Assembly (NCBI GenBank): GCA_028717565.1
Contig: JAQUNP010000001.1
Location: forward strand, 26,736-90,735
Reading direction: 5' to 3'
Source of the DNA: Patescibacteria group bacterium
GTDB lineage: Bacteria; Patescibacteriota; Kazan-3B-28
Length of the DNA: 64,000 bases
Shown here: in pieces, positions 8,117 to 16,435 of the stretch
Layout of the letters: each line of letters starts with the position of its first letter
Numbering within the stretch: the stretch's first letter is position 1
Notes under the pieces: generated by a model
Told to the model about the DNA's origin: nothing
The model's input: the letters and a program-made list of their open reading frames with translations, nothing else
Databases searched by the model: none
Made by a program: the position numbers and the translations under genes

Positions 8117-8207
8117 AAAATCACCTCCCGTGAGCGTAATTACGTTGATGCCTTTGTATCAAAAAACCGCCCCCATGTCAAGAAAATATAGTGTGGATGC
8201 TATAAAT

Positions 8208-8525
8208 TTACGTGTTGGACTGACCGGTGAACATCACTGTAAGCGAATCAAACACATTTTTGAGTACTGGTAGAATGCCTGGGAAAAGCACGATAACCAA
8301 CACGATCCACAGCCAGTTCTTTTTGACTAAGCTCCACAAAAAAGCCGCCACTGCCAGTACCAAAATGATTGAAACCACCCACTGATATGCTTCCGGAAAG
8401 ATGCCGATAAAGCCATTGTAAGCATCAAAGATGCGTTGCATAAAACCAGCCGTAGCGGTTTCGGCCGCCTGCTGGGCTTGTCCGGCAACTTGATTAACAA
8501 CAGCTTCCCCTATCGTGTTTTCCAT
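8208..8525 (-). CDS. hypothetical membrane protein
   Basis: 105 aa with two clear hydrophobic helices. Confidence 0.55.
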   Translation of the reverse strand: MENTIGEAVVNQVAGQAQQAAETATAGFMQRIFDAYNGFIGIFPEAYQWVVSIILVLAVAAFLWSLVKKNWLWIVLVIVLFPGILPVLKNVFDSLTVMFTGQSNT

Positions 8526-8595
8526 AAATAAATTTTAACACAAAAAGAATCCGCCGGTGGTGACGACGGATTCTAGTATGAAGGCAGGGAAACGC

Positions 8596-9045
8596 TCATT
8601 TGAGCTTCTCACGAATTAGCTTCTCCGCATCTGCATGAGTTTTCCCCAGCAGCGAGAAACCAAAAACGAGCAGGTGGATGATGGGTGCCGATGTTGCGTT
8701 AAACCTCATTTCCTCGACAAATGTTTCGACCTCTTCGATCGATGGCATAGAGAAGTCGGAAACACCTTGGCGACGAATGAATGCGGTTTTGACCTTGACG
8801 ATGAAATCGTCCAATCGAGGATGAACGATGTTACGGATGCACGGCATCCGTAAGGTCAGAGCCATCTTCAGCTCAAAACGTCGCTGCAGCGCGGCAGCCT
8901 GATCCTGAATCGCACTGATTGTCTCCTCGCCTTCGAGAGCGCCCTTGCCTACACGCAGCTTATTCTTGCAAATCAGAATAGCATTACAAATGCTATTCAG
9001 ATCGTCCAAGAAGCTGAGTAGGATTTCGACGTCAACCGAGGGCAT
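8596..9045 (-). CDS. hypothetical protein (GC-rich ORFan)
   Basis: The ORF track start at 9069 was trimmed to the ATG at 9045, which is preceded by AAAGGAGG plus 7 nt. The gene is followed by terminator hairpin 8547-8573 with a U-tail on the minus strand. Confidence 0.5.
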   Translation of the reverse strand: MPSVDVEILLSFLDDLNSICNAILICKNKLRVGKGALEGEETISAIQDQAAALQRRFELKMALTLRMPCIRNIVHPRLDDFIVKVKTAFIRRQGVSDFSMPSIEEVETFVEEMRFNATSAPIIHLLVFGFSLLGKTHADAEKLIREKLK

Positions 9046-9140
9046 ACTTTTGCCTCCTTTGGGGTACACCCCACGATATGCCCTAAAGATAGCATGCCAT
9101 CTTAATTAGTCAATAAATAAAGTGCCTCTGGAAGCGGATT

Positions 9141-10145
9141 TTATTTAATTGCGGATTTAAAATCTTCCACTAGTTTAACTGGCGTTGGGTCGATGTTTAA
9201 CTGCATCGCTAAATAATAGGATGCCCAGTCCAGCAGCATGAGAGTCGCAAAAATTTTATAGAGTTTATTCCCTGCCGGCATATCCCAAATAGTTGCTTTT
9301 AGTCCGATGGGGCGTTCACGCAGCAGGTGAGCTGTGGCTAACATAGCTCTAGCTATTGCCGGATGCGTATCGGGGTCTTTTAGGATAACTATGCGGTAAT
9401 TGTCCCGGGTTTGGCTGAAACCAACCATTTCGTTATGGTTGAGCTCTGGAAATACATTCCAAAAAGCTGGGATTTTGGCGTTTTCATTGAATTTTATTTT
9501 GCCGATTCTAGCGACCGGCCAAAAATCATCACTGGTATAAAATAGCGGAATAGTACCGACCAAACTCTCGCCTAGCTGCTTACCCAAAACTTCGGTTTTA
9601 GCTTGTGAGAGAGCTTGAGCCATTTGCCGGACTTGCTTTTCGGCGGAAAAGTTGAGCCACTGGGCTTTAATCAACAGTGCGGTGAGTATGGCAAAGATGT
9701 ATCCCGTGGACATCCGAGGTTGAAAATCCTTGGACTCTTTTTTTAGGATTATATACTCTACTCCGTCTTTCACGGCACGCCGGATAAGTTCCCCACCGCT
9801 GGCGATGGCTATCACCTGCGCACCGGCCTGGACGGCCTGAGTGTAAGCCGAAAGGGTTTCGGCCGTGTTGCCAGAAAAAGAATTAACTATTACCAACACT
9901 TCACTATCTAAACTTTCGCGAATAACATAGTCGCGAGACAAGGTGATGGGGTATTTGAGCTCTTCAGCAAAAGCACAGTTGATTAGGTCACCAGCCAGCG
10001 CAGAACCGCCCATACCAGCCAAAATAGCTTTTGTGATTGGTCGTTTAATATTAACTGGCACCGATAGATCAAAGCCCTTGCCGAATTGCGCAGGATAATC
10101 GGCAATCATTTGCCACATATTAGAGGGATCGGATGAATTACGCAT
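9141..10145 (-). CDS. bifunctional phosphoglucose/phosphomannose isomerase (SIS domain)
   Basis: SIS-type GMGGSALAGDL motif, ~330 aa, PGI/PMI-family layout. Confidence 0.8.
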   Translation of the reverse strand: MRNSSDPSNMWQMIADYPAQFGKGFDLSVPVNIKRPITKAILAGMGGSALAGDLINCAFAEELKYPITLSRDYVIRESLDSEVLVIVNSFSGNTAETLSAYTQAVQAGAQVIAIASGGELIRRAVKDGVEYIILKKESKDFQPRMSTGYIFAILTALLIKAQWLNFSAEKQVRQMAQALSQAKTEVLGKQLGESLVGTIPLFYTSDDFWPVARIGKIKFNENAKIPAFWNVFPELNHNEMVGFSQTRDNYRIVILKDPDTHPAIARAMLATAHLLRERPIGLKATIWDMPAGNKLYKIFATLMLLDWASYYLAMQLNIDPTPVKLVEDFKSAIK

Positions 10146-10993
10146 TACTTTTTGACTAGACGTCTTAAATGTTTAATGTCAGTAATATCTCGCTTCACGT
10201 CCCCCGTACGTGGTGTTTCTAGTATAAACGGAATATTTTTTAAACGTGGGTGATTCACTAGATTTTTAAAACCGGCTTCGCCGATAAAACCTTCGCCGAT
10301 TTTAGCATGGCGATCTTTTTTCGAACCAAGCTCAAACCTAGCGTCATTGGCGTGAATAAACTCCAAGTGTTTCAAGCCGATCAGCCGATCAAACTTTTTT
10401 AAAAGGTCATTGATATCAACTTTGGTTCTAACATCAACACCAGACACAAACAAATGACACGTGTCCAAACAAAAGCCAAACCGCTGCTTGTGTTTCAGGC
10501 CTTTCCAAATTGCCCCCAGCTCCTCGATGGTATCGCCAATTCGGTTACCAGCTCCAGCATCGTTTTCAATAATCAATTTCACAGGCCACTTGTCACGCGT
10601 TAACTCCTCTAGTCGATTGAGCGTCTGGATAGTGTGGGTGATGCCTTCGGCGTTGCTGTTTTGATTGCTACCACAATGAAAGTTGTAGCCGTCTGCCCCA
10701 ATCCCATAGGCGATTTTGGCCTCGTCTTTGAGCTTTTTTAAACTCATGTTGCGCAAAGAGGCCTTGTGACTAGCCGGGTTGGGCAGATAGGCCGCGTGCA
10801 CTAACACTTTTTTTACTTTGGATTTTTTCCAGGCCTCCTTGAACCTCTGGGCCACTTTAACGTCAGGCAGGGGTGTAGTCCATATTTGCGGACTCCCGAC
10901 AAAAATCTGAATAACATCGCACTGCAAGGCCTCGGCCTCAACAAAGGCCCTAGAAAGTCCGCCGCTGGCTGACACATGATAGCCAAATAGCAT
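10145..10993 (-). CDS. nfo: deoxyribonuclease IV (AP endonuclease family 2)
   Basis: HAAYLPN, IENDAG, LDTCHLF and HANDA motifs typical of endonuclease IV. Confidence 0.9.
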   Translation of the reverse strand: MLFGYHVSASGGLSRAFVEAEALQCDVIQIFVGSPQIWTTPLPDVKVAQRFKEAWKKSKVKKVLVHAAYLPNPASHKASLRNMSLKKLKDEAKIAYGIGADGYNFHCGSNQNSNAEGITHTIQTLNRLEELTRDKWPVKLIIENDAGAGNRIGDTIEELGAIWKGLKHKQRFGFCLDTCHLFVSGVDVRTKVDINDLLKKFDRLIGLKHLEFIHANDARFELGSKKDRHAKIGEGFIGEAGFKNLVNHPRLKNIPFILETPRTGDVKRDITDIKHLRRLVKK

Positions 10994-10999
10994 GAGACC

Positions 11000-11008
11000 A
11001 TTATAACA
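11000..11008 (-). promoter_or_regulatory. extended -10 box TGTTATAAT, 6 nt upstream of the nfo ATG
   Basis: Reverse complement of 10994-11008 reads TGTTATAAT-GGTCTC, followed by the ATG at 10993. Confidence 0.55.
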
Positions 11009-11108
11009 ATCAAAAAAGCGGGTTGGGCGTTGTGCAAAAAAACCTTTAGTTTATGATAGTGTGGATTTATAAGGAGGCCTCTGATCCGAAGAGTTCTATG
11101 CCTCAAAG

Positions 11109-11183
11109 GGCCCGTTCGTCTATCGGTTAGGACGCAAGCTTCTCAAGCTTGAAAGAGGAGTTCGACTCTCCTACGGGCTACCA
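11109..11183 (+). tRNA. tRNA-Glu (anticodon CUC), CCA encoded
   Basis: Hand-folded cloverleaf: acceptor GGCCCGU/ACGGGCU, anticodon stem CAAGC/GCUUG with loop UUCUCAA, T arm AGGAG-UUCGACU-CUCCU, and discriminator A followed by the CCA end. Confidence 0.9.
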
Positions 11184-12669
11184 GATGCGATTTACTACCA
11201 TTGGAGTCTCTAATTATTGCGTATAGAGGGCTTAATTCAGGTGTTCGATAACTTTGATTGTCGCGAATTAGCCCATTGGGAAAAACTATTTTCTGTAGTG
11301 TGGCTTTTTGTGCAATAGAACTACGTTCCCATATTTTTGTTAAGTGTTCCAACATATAGGCTGAATAGTTTATCAATGCTTGTGCGTCATAGTCTTCAAT
11401 AACAAGCTCTTTTAACTTAACTGTGGTTGCTACGATCTGATTATCAAGAGACGACAGGAGTTGCTTGCATGTATCGTTGTCTGTGGCACCCTGTGCATTT
11501 TTAAGTGCAACCGCTTCTTTATCACGATGGATCTGTTTTATTCTTTTGTTAAGTTGGATTGATTCTTGCATTATGCTATGCGTACGAATCTTCCATGTTT
11601 TTGTAATTACAGTCTTGAATGATTCCACATATTCTTTTTGTGGACTAATAGCATCTAGAAGTTGTATAAACTCTTTTTCAGCTTTTGTCTTAGGCAAACT
11701 CTTAAAAGCACAACCAGTACGGGTGCAATGATAATATGCATATTTCTTAGATTTGCCTTTTGACCAACTTCCCGTCAGTTTTCTACCGCAATAACCACAC
11801 TGCAGAACCCCCCTCAGAGGAAAATCTGGATTCACCCTAGATCTTGATATTTTCTCTCCACGCTTTCCCGCCAGAACTCTTTGTACACTAACAAATAATT
11901 CAGGGCTTATTAAAGGTGAATGCTCCCCTCTTACGCCATCTGGTGCCATATTTTTAACGCGAACTATCCCCATATAAAATGGGTTTCTAAGCATTCGATT
12001 TACACGATGAGTTGATAATTTCGAACTAGTTGACAACAAAGGATTCACTTTATTTAGTACTTCGGTTTGAGTATAGGCACCCGTAGCAAAGAGTTCGAAG
12101 ATCTGAGTTACTGTAGCCCCACGTTCAGGATCAATAAAAACTTTGCTTTTATTATCACCAGTGGATACCAACTTATATCCATATGGCACATTGAAGAGCC
12201 AGCGACCTTTTTGGGTTAATGCTTCCATAGACATCTTTGTGCGCCAACTTCTTAAAGCATTATCAAATTGAGCAGTACCAGCTAAAATATTTTCAATAAA
12301 CTCCCCTGCTGGGTCATCACTAATTGGTTCTGTAGCTGATCTAAGTACTGTTCCCACCTTATTAATTGCGCCCTTAATGTAATAGTGATTTTCTGTATTG
12401 CGTGCTAATCTATCAACTTTATGTACTATCAATGCGTCAGGTTTATGTTTGGTACAGTAATCTAGCATCATAAGTAGTTGCGTCCGATCCATAAGCTTGG
12501 CACTCTCTCCTGCTTCTTTAAAAAGCTTCAAAACTTTATAGCCGTTGTTTTCAGCGTACTTTCTACAATCTCTAGCCTGAACCATTAGACTATATCCGTC
12601 AGTTGCCTGATCTACTGTAGAAACCCTTGTATAAATTATCGCTGTTTTCATTTTTTCTTTTCTTCCCAC
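11143..12669 (-). CDS. large serine recombinase (resolvase N-domain, recombinase domain, zinc ribbon)
   Basis: AIIYTRVSTVDQ catalytic-serine motif, VHKVDRLARN, and a Cys cluster CGYCG...YYHC. 508 aa. The 3' end overlaps the tRNA-Glu gene. Confidence 0.9.
   Translation of the reverse strand: MGRKEKMKTAIIYTRVSTVDQATDGYSLMVQARDCRKYAENNGYKVLKLFKEAGESAKLMDRTQLLMMLDYCTKHKPDALIVHKVDRLARNTENHYYIKGAINKVGTVLRSATEPISDDPAGEFIENILAGTAQFDNALRSWRTKMSMEALTQKGRWLFNVPYGYKLVSTGDNKSKVFIDPERGATVTQIFELFATGAYTQTEVLNKVNPLLSTSSKLSTHRVNRMLRNPFYMGIVRVKNMAPDGVRGEHSPLISPELFVSVQRVLAGKRGEKISRSRVNPDFPLRGVLQCGYCGRKLTGSWSKGKSKKYAYYHCTRTGCAFKSLPKTKAEKEFIQLLDAISPQKEYVESFKTVITKTWKIRTHSIMQESIQLNKRIKQIHRDKEAVALKNAQGATDNDTCKQLLSSLDNQIVATTVKLKELVIEDYDAQALINYSAYMLEHLTKIWERSSIAQKATLQKIVFPNGLIRDNQSYRTPELSPLYAIIRDSNGSKSHLVARRRVELLFQA
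11165..11183. repeat. att direct repeat, copy 1 (ACTCTCCTACGGGCTACCA, inside the tRNA-Glu 3' end)
   Basis: Exact 19-nt match with 15629-15647. Confidence 0.9.
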
Positions 12670-12911
12670 TTATAAAGACATTTTTCACAATGATACTTAT
12701 TTTTTGATGTTGTTAGAGAAGTTAGCCATATAATTGGCCACGCCAAAAGAAACCATATCCCTATAATTGGTAACCAAAAAATGAATATCAGACCGATCCA
12801 GAAACTCATACTTGCTATCGATTTAAGGTTTCTATTCTCGGATACCGCCTTGTATTCTCCACAATGCGGACATTTGATATAGAACTTATTACTTTTTAAG
12901 ATATTGCTCAT
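12648..12911 (-). CDS. zinc-ribbon membrane protein (CxxC...2 TM...CxxC)
   Basis: CPHCG and CEKC pairs flank two hydrophobic helices. Overlaps the recombinase start by 22 nt. Confidence 0.55.
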   Translation of the reverse strand: MSNILKSNKFYIKCPHCGEYKAVSENRNLKSIASMSFWIGLIFIFWLPIIGIWFLLAWPIIWLTSLTTSKNKYHCEKCLYKWEEKKK

Positions 12912-13000
12912 AGTAGATTGTTTAAACTTCTATAAAGCCCCCGCGAGGCTATAGCTTGCAGGCAACAACCTCCACGAGGGCGTCATAAGCCTGCAAGCTT

Positions 13001-13465
13001 TTATTTGTTTAACAATGTTAGTTTATCACCTTCTATACCCATTTCGCCAAGTTTAATGAATTGATTAACCATATCCACTATCTGATTCAATAGCTCCTTG
13101 TCATTCATGCTTTCCGACGCCTCCAGCACATCGTTCTGGGCATTTTGGAGTGTTTCTGGAGGTATATCCTTATAATCTGGGTGGCGCTTATTCAGATAGA
13201 ACCTAATTGCCGATGAATCGCCATCAAAAATTGCCATCATTAGCATGTCTTCTACAAAGTCATTCCGGTGGTTCTTAGCTTCTTCTACGCCTCTTTTAAA
13301 CTCTGGATCATCATTCAGCCAGCGATAATAGGTAGATCTGTCGATTTTTAATTCACTACAAATTGCAGTAATGCGTAGCCTTTGAGGTATAAGTTCAATG
13401 ATTCTAGATTTCAGATTATCTTGCCTAGAACTATGCTCTTTTTTGTCGTTTTTGTTGGATTTCAT
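13001..13465 (-). CDS. helix-turn-helix protein resembling phage small terminase / gpP-like HTH
   Basis: ICSELKIDRSTYYRWLNDDPEFKRGVEEAK...FYLNKRHPDYKD matches the pattern I recall for TerS-like HTH proteins. The TTG start at 13480 was trimmed to the ATG at 13465. Confidence 0.55.
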   Translation of the reverse strand: MKSNKNDKKEHSSRQDNLKSRIIELIPQRLRITAICSELKIDRSTYYRWLNDDPEFKRGVEEAKNHRNDFVEDMLMMAIFDGDSSAIRFYLNKRHPDYKDIPPETLQNAQNDVLEASESMNDKELLNQIVDMVNQFIKLGEMGIEGDKLTLLNK

Positions 13466-13797
13466 ATAAGTATTGATCAATGATTATATTCGCCAGTTTT
13501 TTCATATTTAAAATCGCCTCTTGATTGATGCTGTTATCCATCAAGGGTTTTTTCTTGGTTGCCCTATTATTATTTCTATTTGAATCCATGTAGATGATAA
13601 AAAACCACGGCTTCGTGGCTTCCTAAGATCACATGAATTAAATTGTAAGATTATTGAATGCAAAAGGTAGCCCCGATGCCGTTCCGTTTAGCATTTGCCT
13701 TGGTTTCGCCCCTTGGCTCCAATAATCTTTAGTTTAAAAGTTACTTCAAGCTAGCCGATACTAACTGCATAGGCATTGTAACACATCCTCACCTAAT

Positions 13798-14352
13798 TTA
13801 TTTTTTTACTTCTGGTTCAGCAATACGTGAAAGATAAAATGCAAACCGTTGTGATAATGATTCACGAAATATCTCATTCATTGTTGCAATATAACAAGAT
13901 TTTCTTTGACTGTATAAAAAACCTCTTGGAACAGTAAAGAAATGTTTAAAATCTATCACTAATTCTGGTATAGACAAACTCAGATCTTCATTCAGTAGAT
14001 GATATCTTTTTAAGTCACCCTTTTTTAATTTCTTTAAGTCTACCGGAGACATAGTTCTGCCTTCAAGATGTTTGCCATTACATAAATCCGTCGACAAATA
14101 TGCAGGACATATCAGTATTGTTTGCAAGTGTTTGTCATGTTGATCTGGTTTGTCTCGACGTAATTTGTAGTCTAAGTCTAAATCACACTCCTGTGTTAGT
14201 ACTACGGCGTACTGCAAATCCACTGAAGCATACTTTTTAGGATTTTTTGCATTGTATATTAAAAAACTAAGACCGTTTAAAATATCCCCCTGACAGACTC
14301 TAGCTTTTCTTATTTTTCTGTATCGAGTCTTAACATTACTTGTTACTACCAT
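13798..14352 (-). CDS. hypothetical protein (184 aa; QGDIL ... VVLTQECDL motifs), element cargo
   Basis: Long AT-rich ORF, last gene of a tight three-gene operon. A terminator hairpin (13605-13618, U-tail on minus) lies downstream. No family recognised. Confidence 0.6.
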   Translation of the reverse strand: MVVTSNVKTRYRKIRKARVCQGDILNGLSFLIYNAKNPKKYASVDLQYAVVLTQECDLDLDYKLRRDKPDQHDKHLQTILICPAYLSTDLCNGKHLEGRTMSPVDLKKLKKGDLKRYHLLNEDLSLSIPELVIDFKHFFTVPRGFLYSQRKSCYIATMNEIFRESLSQRFAFYLSRIAEPEVKK

Positions 14353-14551
14353 CGTATTCTATAAACTTACTTTTTTGAGGCTCATATCTATCAGAAAATA
14401 CATCCGCCGACTCAGCCCTCTTGGGTTGGCTTGAGGATACTTTTTCAAGTGAATGCCATAAATAAGTGTCTACAGAATGTTGAACTGTAGCCTGTGAAGC
14501 CTCTCCTGTATGATTCCCCTTAGATTGTGTTTTTGCTTTAGATTGATTCAT
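14336..14551 (-). CDS. hypothetical low-complexity protein (71 aa), element cargo
   Basis: Lies 5 nt after the upstream gene and overlaps the downstream gene by 17 nt. Polar and probably disordered. Confidence 0.4.
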   Translation of the reverse strand: MNQSKAKTQSKGNHTGEASQATVQHSVDTYLWHSLEKVSSSQPKRAESADVFSDRYEPQKSKFIEYDGSNK

Positions 14552-14556
14552 TGGAC

Positions 14557-15312
14557 TTACTTTATAAGAGAGCGGTAGCCACTAGTAATACTGCTTTCAA
14601 AAACGGACTTGGTTGCATCACTATACTTATTCACAATATCAAGTAGTTCTTGTTCAGAAATATCAGTGGGGAAAATAGAGTGGCAATCGTAATCCAAAAG
14701 AAAAGCTTTATCACTAATTATATTTGGATATTTCTGTTGATTGAGAATACCAAAATTGAATAAGATATTGAAATCATCTTCTCTGATAGCAAGTTGACCC
14801 ATTGCTCTGGCTAACGCGTATTTATTGTCTTTAGCAAATGACAGGTAGCCAAGGATTTCCTTATTAATGTATTTATTCCAATCAAGATAATCCTTATCTT
14901 TAAACTCAATTTTATTGATATATCTTAAGCCAATACGTCGTAAGTAAGTTATATCAAATCTGTTAATAAACGGTACAACCACTTCTTTGACATGCTCTAA
15001 TAATTCTTTAGAACTCTTATATTTTGTATATTCAATAAACAGATAGCTATTACCCACCTCAAGCAACGCGTCTTCAGATTTTGTTTTAAACACCCAAGAT
15101 GTAAATGAATCTGATGCATGTTCAATCTTTTTTGTATTCAAATCAAGCTGAATCATACCTGATTCTCCTTGTTTTGACTGAGGTGCTCCAAAAAAACGAC
15201 TAATTTCAGATGTATATTCCTTTACTGATCCTAGATTAATTTTTTCAAAATCTATTCTAAAAATGACTCGATCTAAAAAGTTTTTCTTATATGTAGGCAT
15301 AATATTCCTCAT
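14557..15312 (-). CDS. TIGR04255-like family protein (uncharacterised), element cargo
   Basis: N-terminal YKKNFLDRVIFRIDF and central RIGLRYINKI match the TIGR04255 pattern as I recall it. The real start may be the ATG at 15300 (AGGAAT upstream). Confidence 0.6.
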   Translation of the reverse strand: MRNIMPTYKKNFLDRVIFRIDFEKINLGSVKEYTSEISRFFGAPQSKQGESGMIQLDLNTKKIEHASDSFTSWVFKTKSEDALLEVGNSYLFIEYTKYKSSKELLEHVKEVVVPFINRFDITYLRRIGLRYINKIEFKDKDYLDWNKYINKEILGYLSFAKDNKYALARAMGQLAIREDDFNILFNFGILNQQKYPNIISDKAFLLDYDCHSIFPTDISEQELLDIVNKYSDATKSVFESSITSGYRSLIK

Positions 15313-15628
15313 TTATCTTAAAAAGCACCTAAAGTACAAACTACCATCATCATAGCATCTAGTGAATAGTGTTTAAATAATACTGGGGATATTAGGGTCA
15401 GACGTTACGAGGGGCTTTAATGTGTTGGAGATCTTTTCCAGATTAGATATCAGAGTGTTCCAATTTTCAGATAGAAGGGCTACCAGCGAAAAATCGGGCT
15501 TGTCCCGATTTTTTGATGGTTATTTTTAGAGTTGAACTCCTGCCGAAGGCTGGGGGGAGCCTGTCCCGTAGATGACGCTACTGAAATAACAGGGGGCACC
15601 CCGTTTTTCAGTAAGGAACTGTACGGGA

Positions 15629-15647
15629 ACTCTCCTACGGGCTACCA
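15629..15647. repeat. att direct repeat, copy 2 (ACTCTCCTACGGGCTACCA)
   Basis: Exact 19-nt match with 11165-11183. There is no tRNA body upstream of it. Confidence 0.9.
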
Positions 15648-15658
15648 AATCTAACGGC

Positions 15659-16201
15659 TCATTTTTTGAGCCGTTGAACTTTGGAGGCCATTTCATAGAT
15701 AGCTACACCAAAGGCGACTGAAACGTTCAGGGATTTTCTTGGGCCTAACATGGGGATTTCAATAATGGCATCGGCTTGATCACGCAGAACTTTGGAAACC
15801 CCCCTCACCTCGTTGCCAATAATTAGCGCTATGGGCAAACGAAAACGAAAATTCTGATATGGGATTGAGCGCGGATCTTGTTCAAGGGCTACTACTTGAT
15901 ATCCCTGACTTTTGAGTTCGGTGATTGCCTCCCCTACTCTCTTTTTAAATTTCCAAGGCACCCGATTTTCAGAACCCAGCGCCACTTTGGCGATTTCCTT
16001 TCTGGGAGGCACGCCCGTATAGCCCGTAAGGTAGAGCAGATCCACTCCTGCCCCCTCGCTAGTACGAAAAATCGCTCCTACATTATGTAGGGAACGGATG
16101 TTGTGGGCGACGACAACTAACTTAGGAGTATTGCTTTTCATGTAAGTTTGTAATAATTTACTCGTGTCTTTTGTATGTATATCGTACCTCTTTCCAATCA
16201 A
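15659..16201 (-). CDS. SpoU/TrmH-family RNA 2'-O-methyltransferase
   Basis: NVGAIFRTSEGAGV and IGNEVRGVS...IPMLG...SLNVSVA motifs. The TTG start is uncertain (alternative ATG at 16141). Confidence 0.85.
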   Translation of the reverse strand: MIGKRYDIHTKDTSKLLQTYMKSNTPKLVVVAHNIRSLHNVGAIFRTSEGAGVDLLYLTGYTGVPPRKEIAKVALGSENRVPWKFKKRVGEAITELKSQGYQVVALEQDPRSIPYQNFRFRLPIALIIGNEVRGVSKVLRDQADAIIEIPMLGPRKSLNVSVAFGVAIYEMASKVQRLKK

Positions 16202-16219
16202 AAGGTGAGGTGAGGAAAA

Positions 16220-16435
16220 ATGTATAAGGAAACGTTTGCCTGGTCTGGGAATTTATGGGTTTTGGTCGGCTTCCTGTTGGGCGGCCTGTTGCTGGGTTGG
16301 CTATGGCACCCACTGATGCCCGCACACTGGTCTCTGCCGAACTCAATGTTAGCAGGGGTCATTCTCACCATGGTTTTACTGGTCGGCTGCTGGGTTCTCT
16401 ACGGCTGCCTGCGCTCAAAGGAAACTCCTGGCTAA
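16220..16435 (+). CDS. small GC-rich membrane protein (2 TM)
   Basis: GGTGAGGTGAGG RBS-like tract upstream, two hydrophobic helices, and terminator hairpin GGCCACCCC/GGGGTGGCC downstream. Confidence 0.45.
   Translation: MYKETFAWSGNLWVLVGFLLGGLLLGWLWHPLMPAHWSLPNSMLAGVILTMVLLVGCWVLYGCLRSKETPG

Larger units (their letters stand above)
11165..15647. mobile_element. ~4.5-kb AT-rich integrative element (serine-recombinase type, satellite/prophage-remnant-like) in tRNA-Glu
   Basis: Bounded by identical 19-bp direct repeats (the tRNA 3' end). The recombinase gene is at the tRNA-proximal end. Composition is markedly AT-richer than the flanks (by eye). Confidence 0.75.

Noticed and set aside
10813-11106. 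97-aa minus-strand ORF overlapping the nfo start.
   Set aside because: It is an alternative frame of nfo plus its promoter region, and it would run over the TGTTATAAT box.
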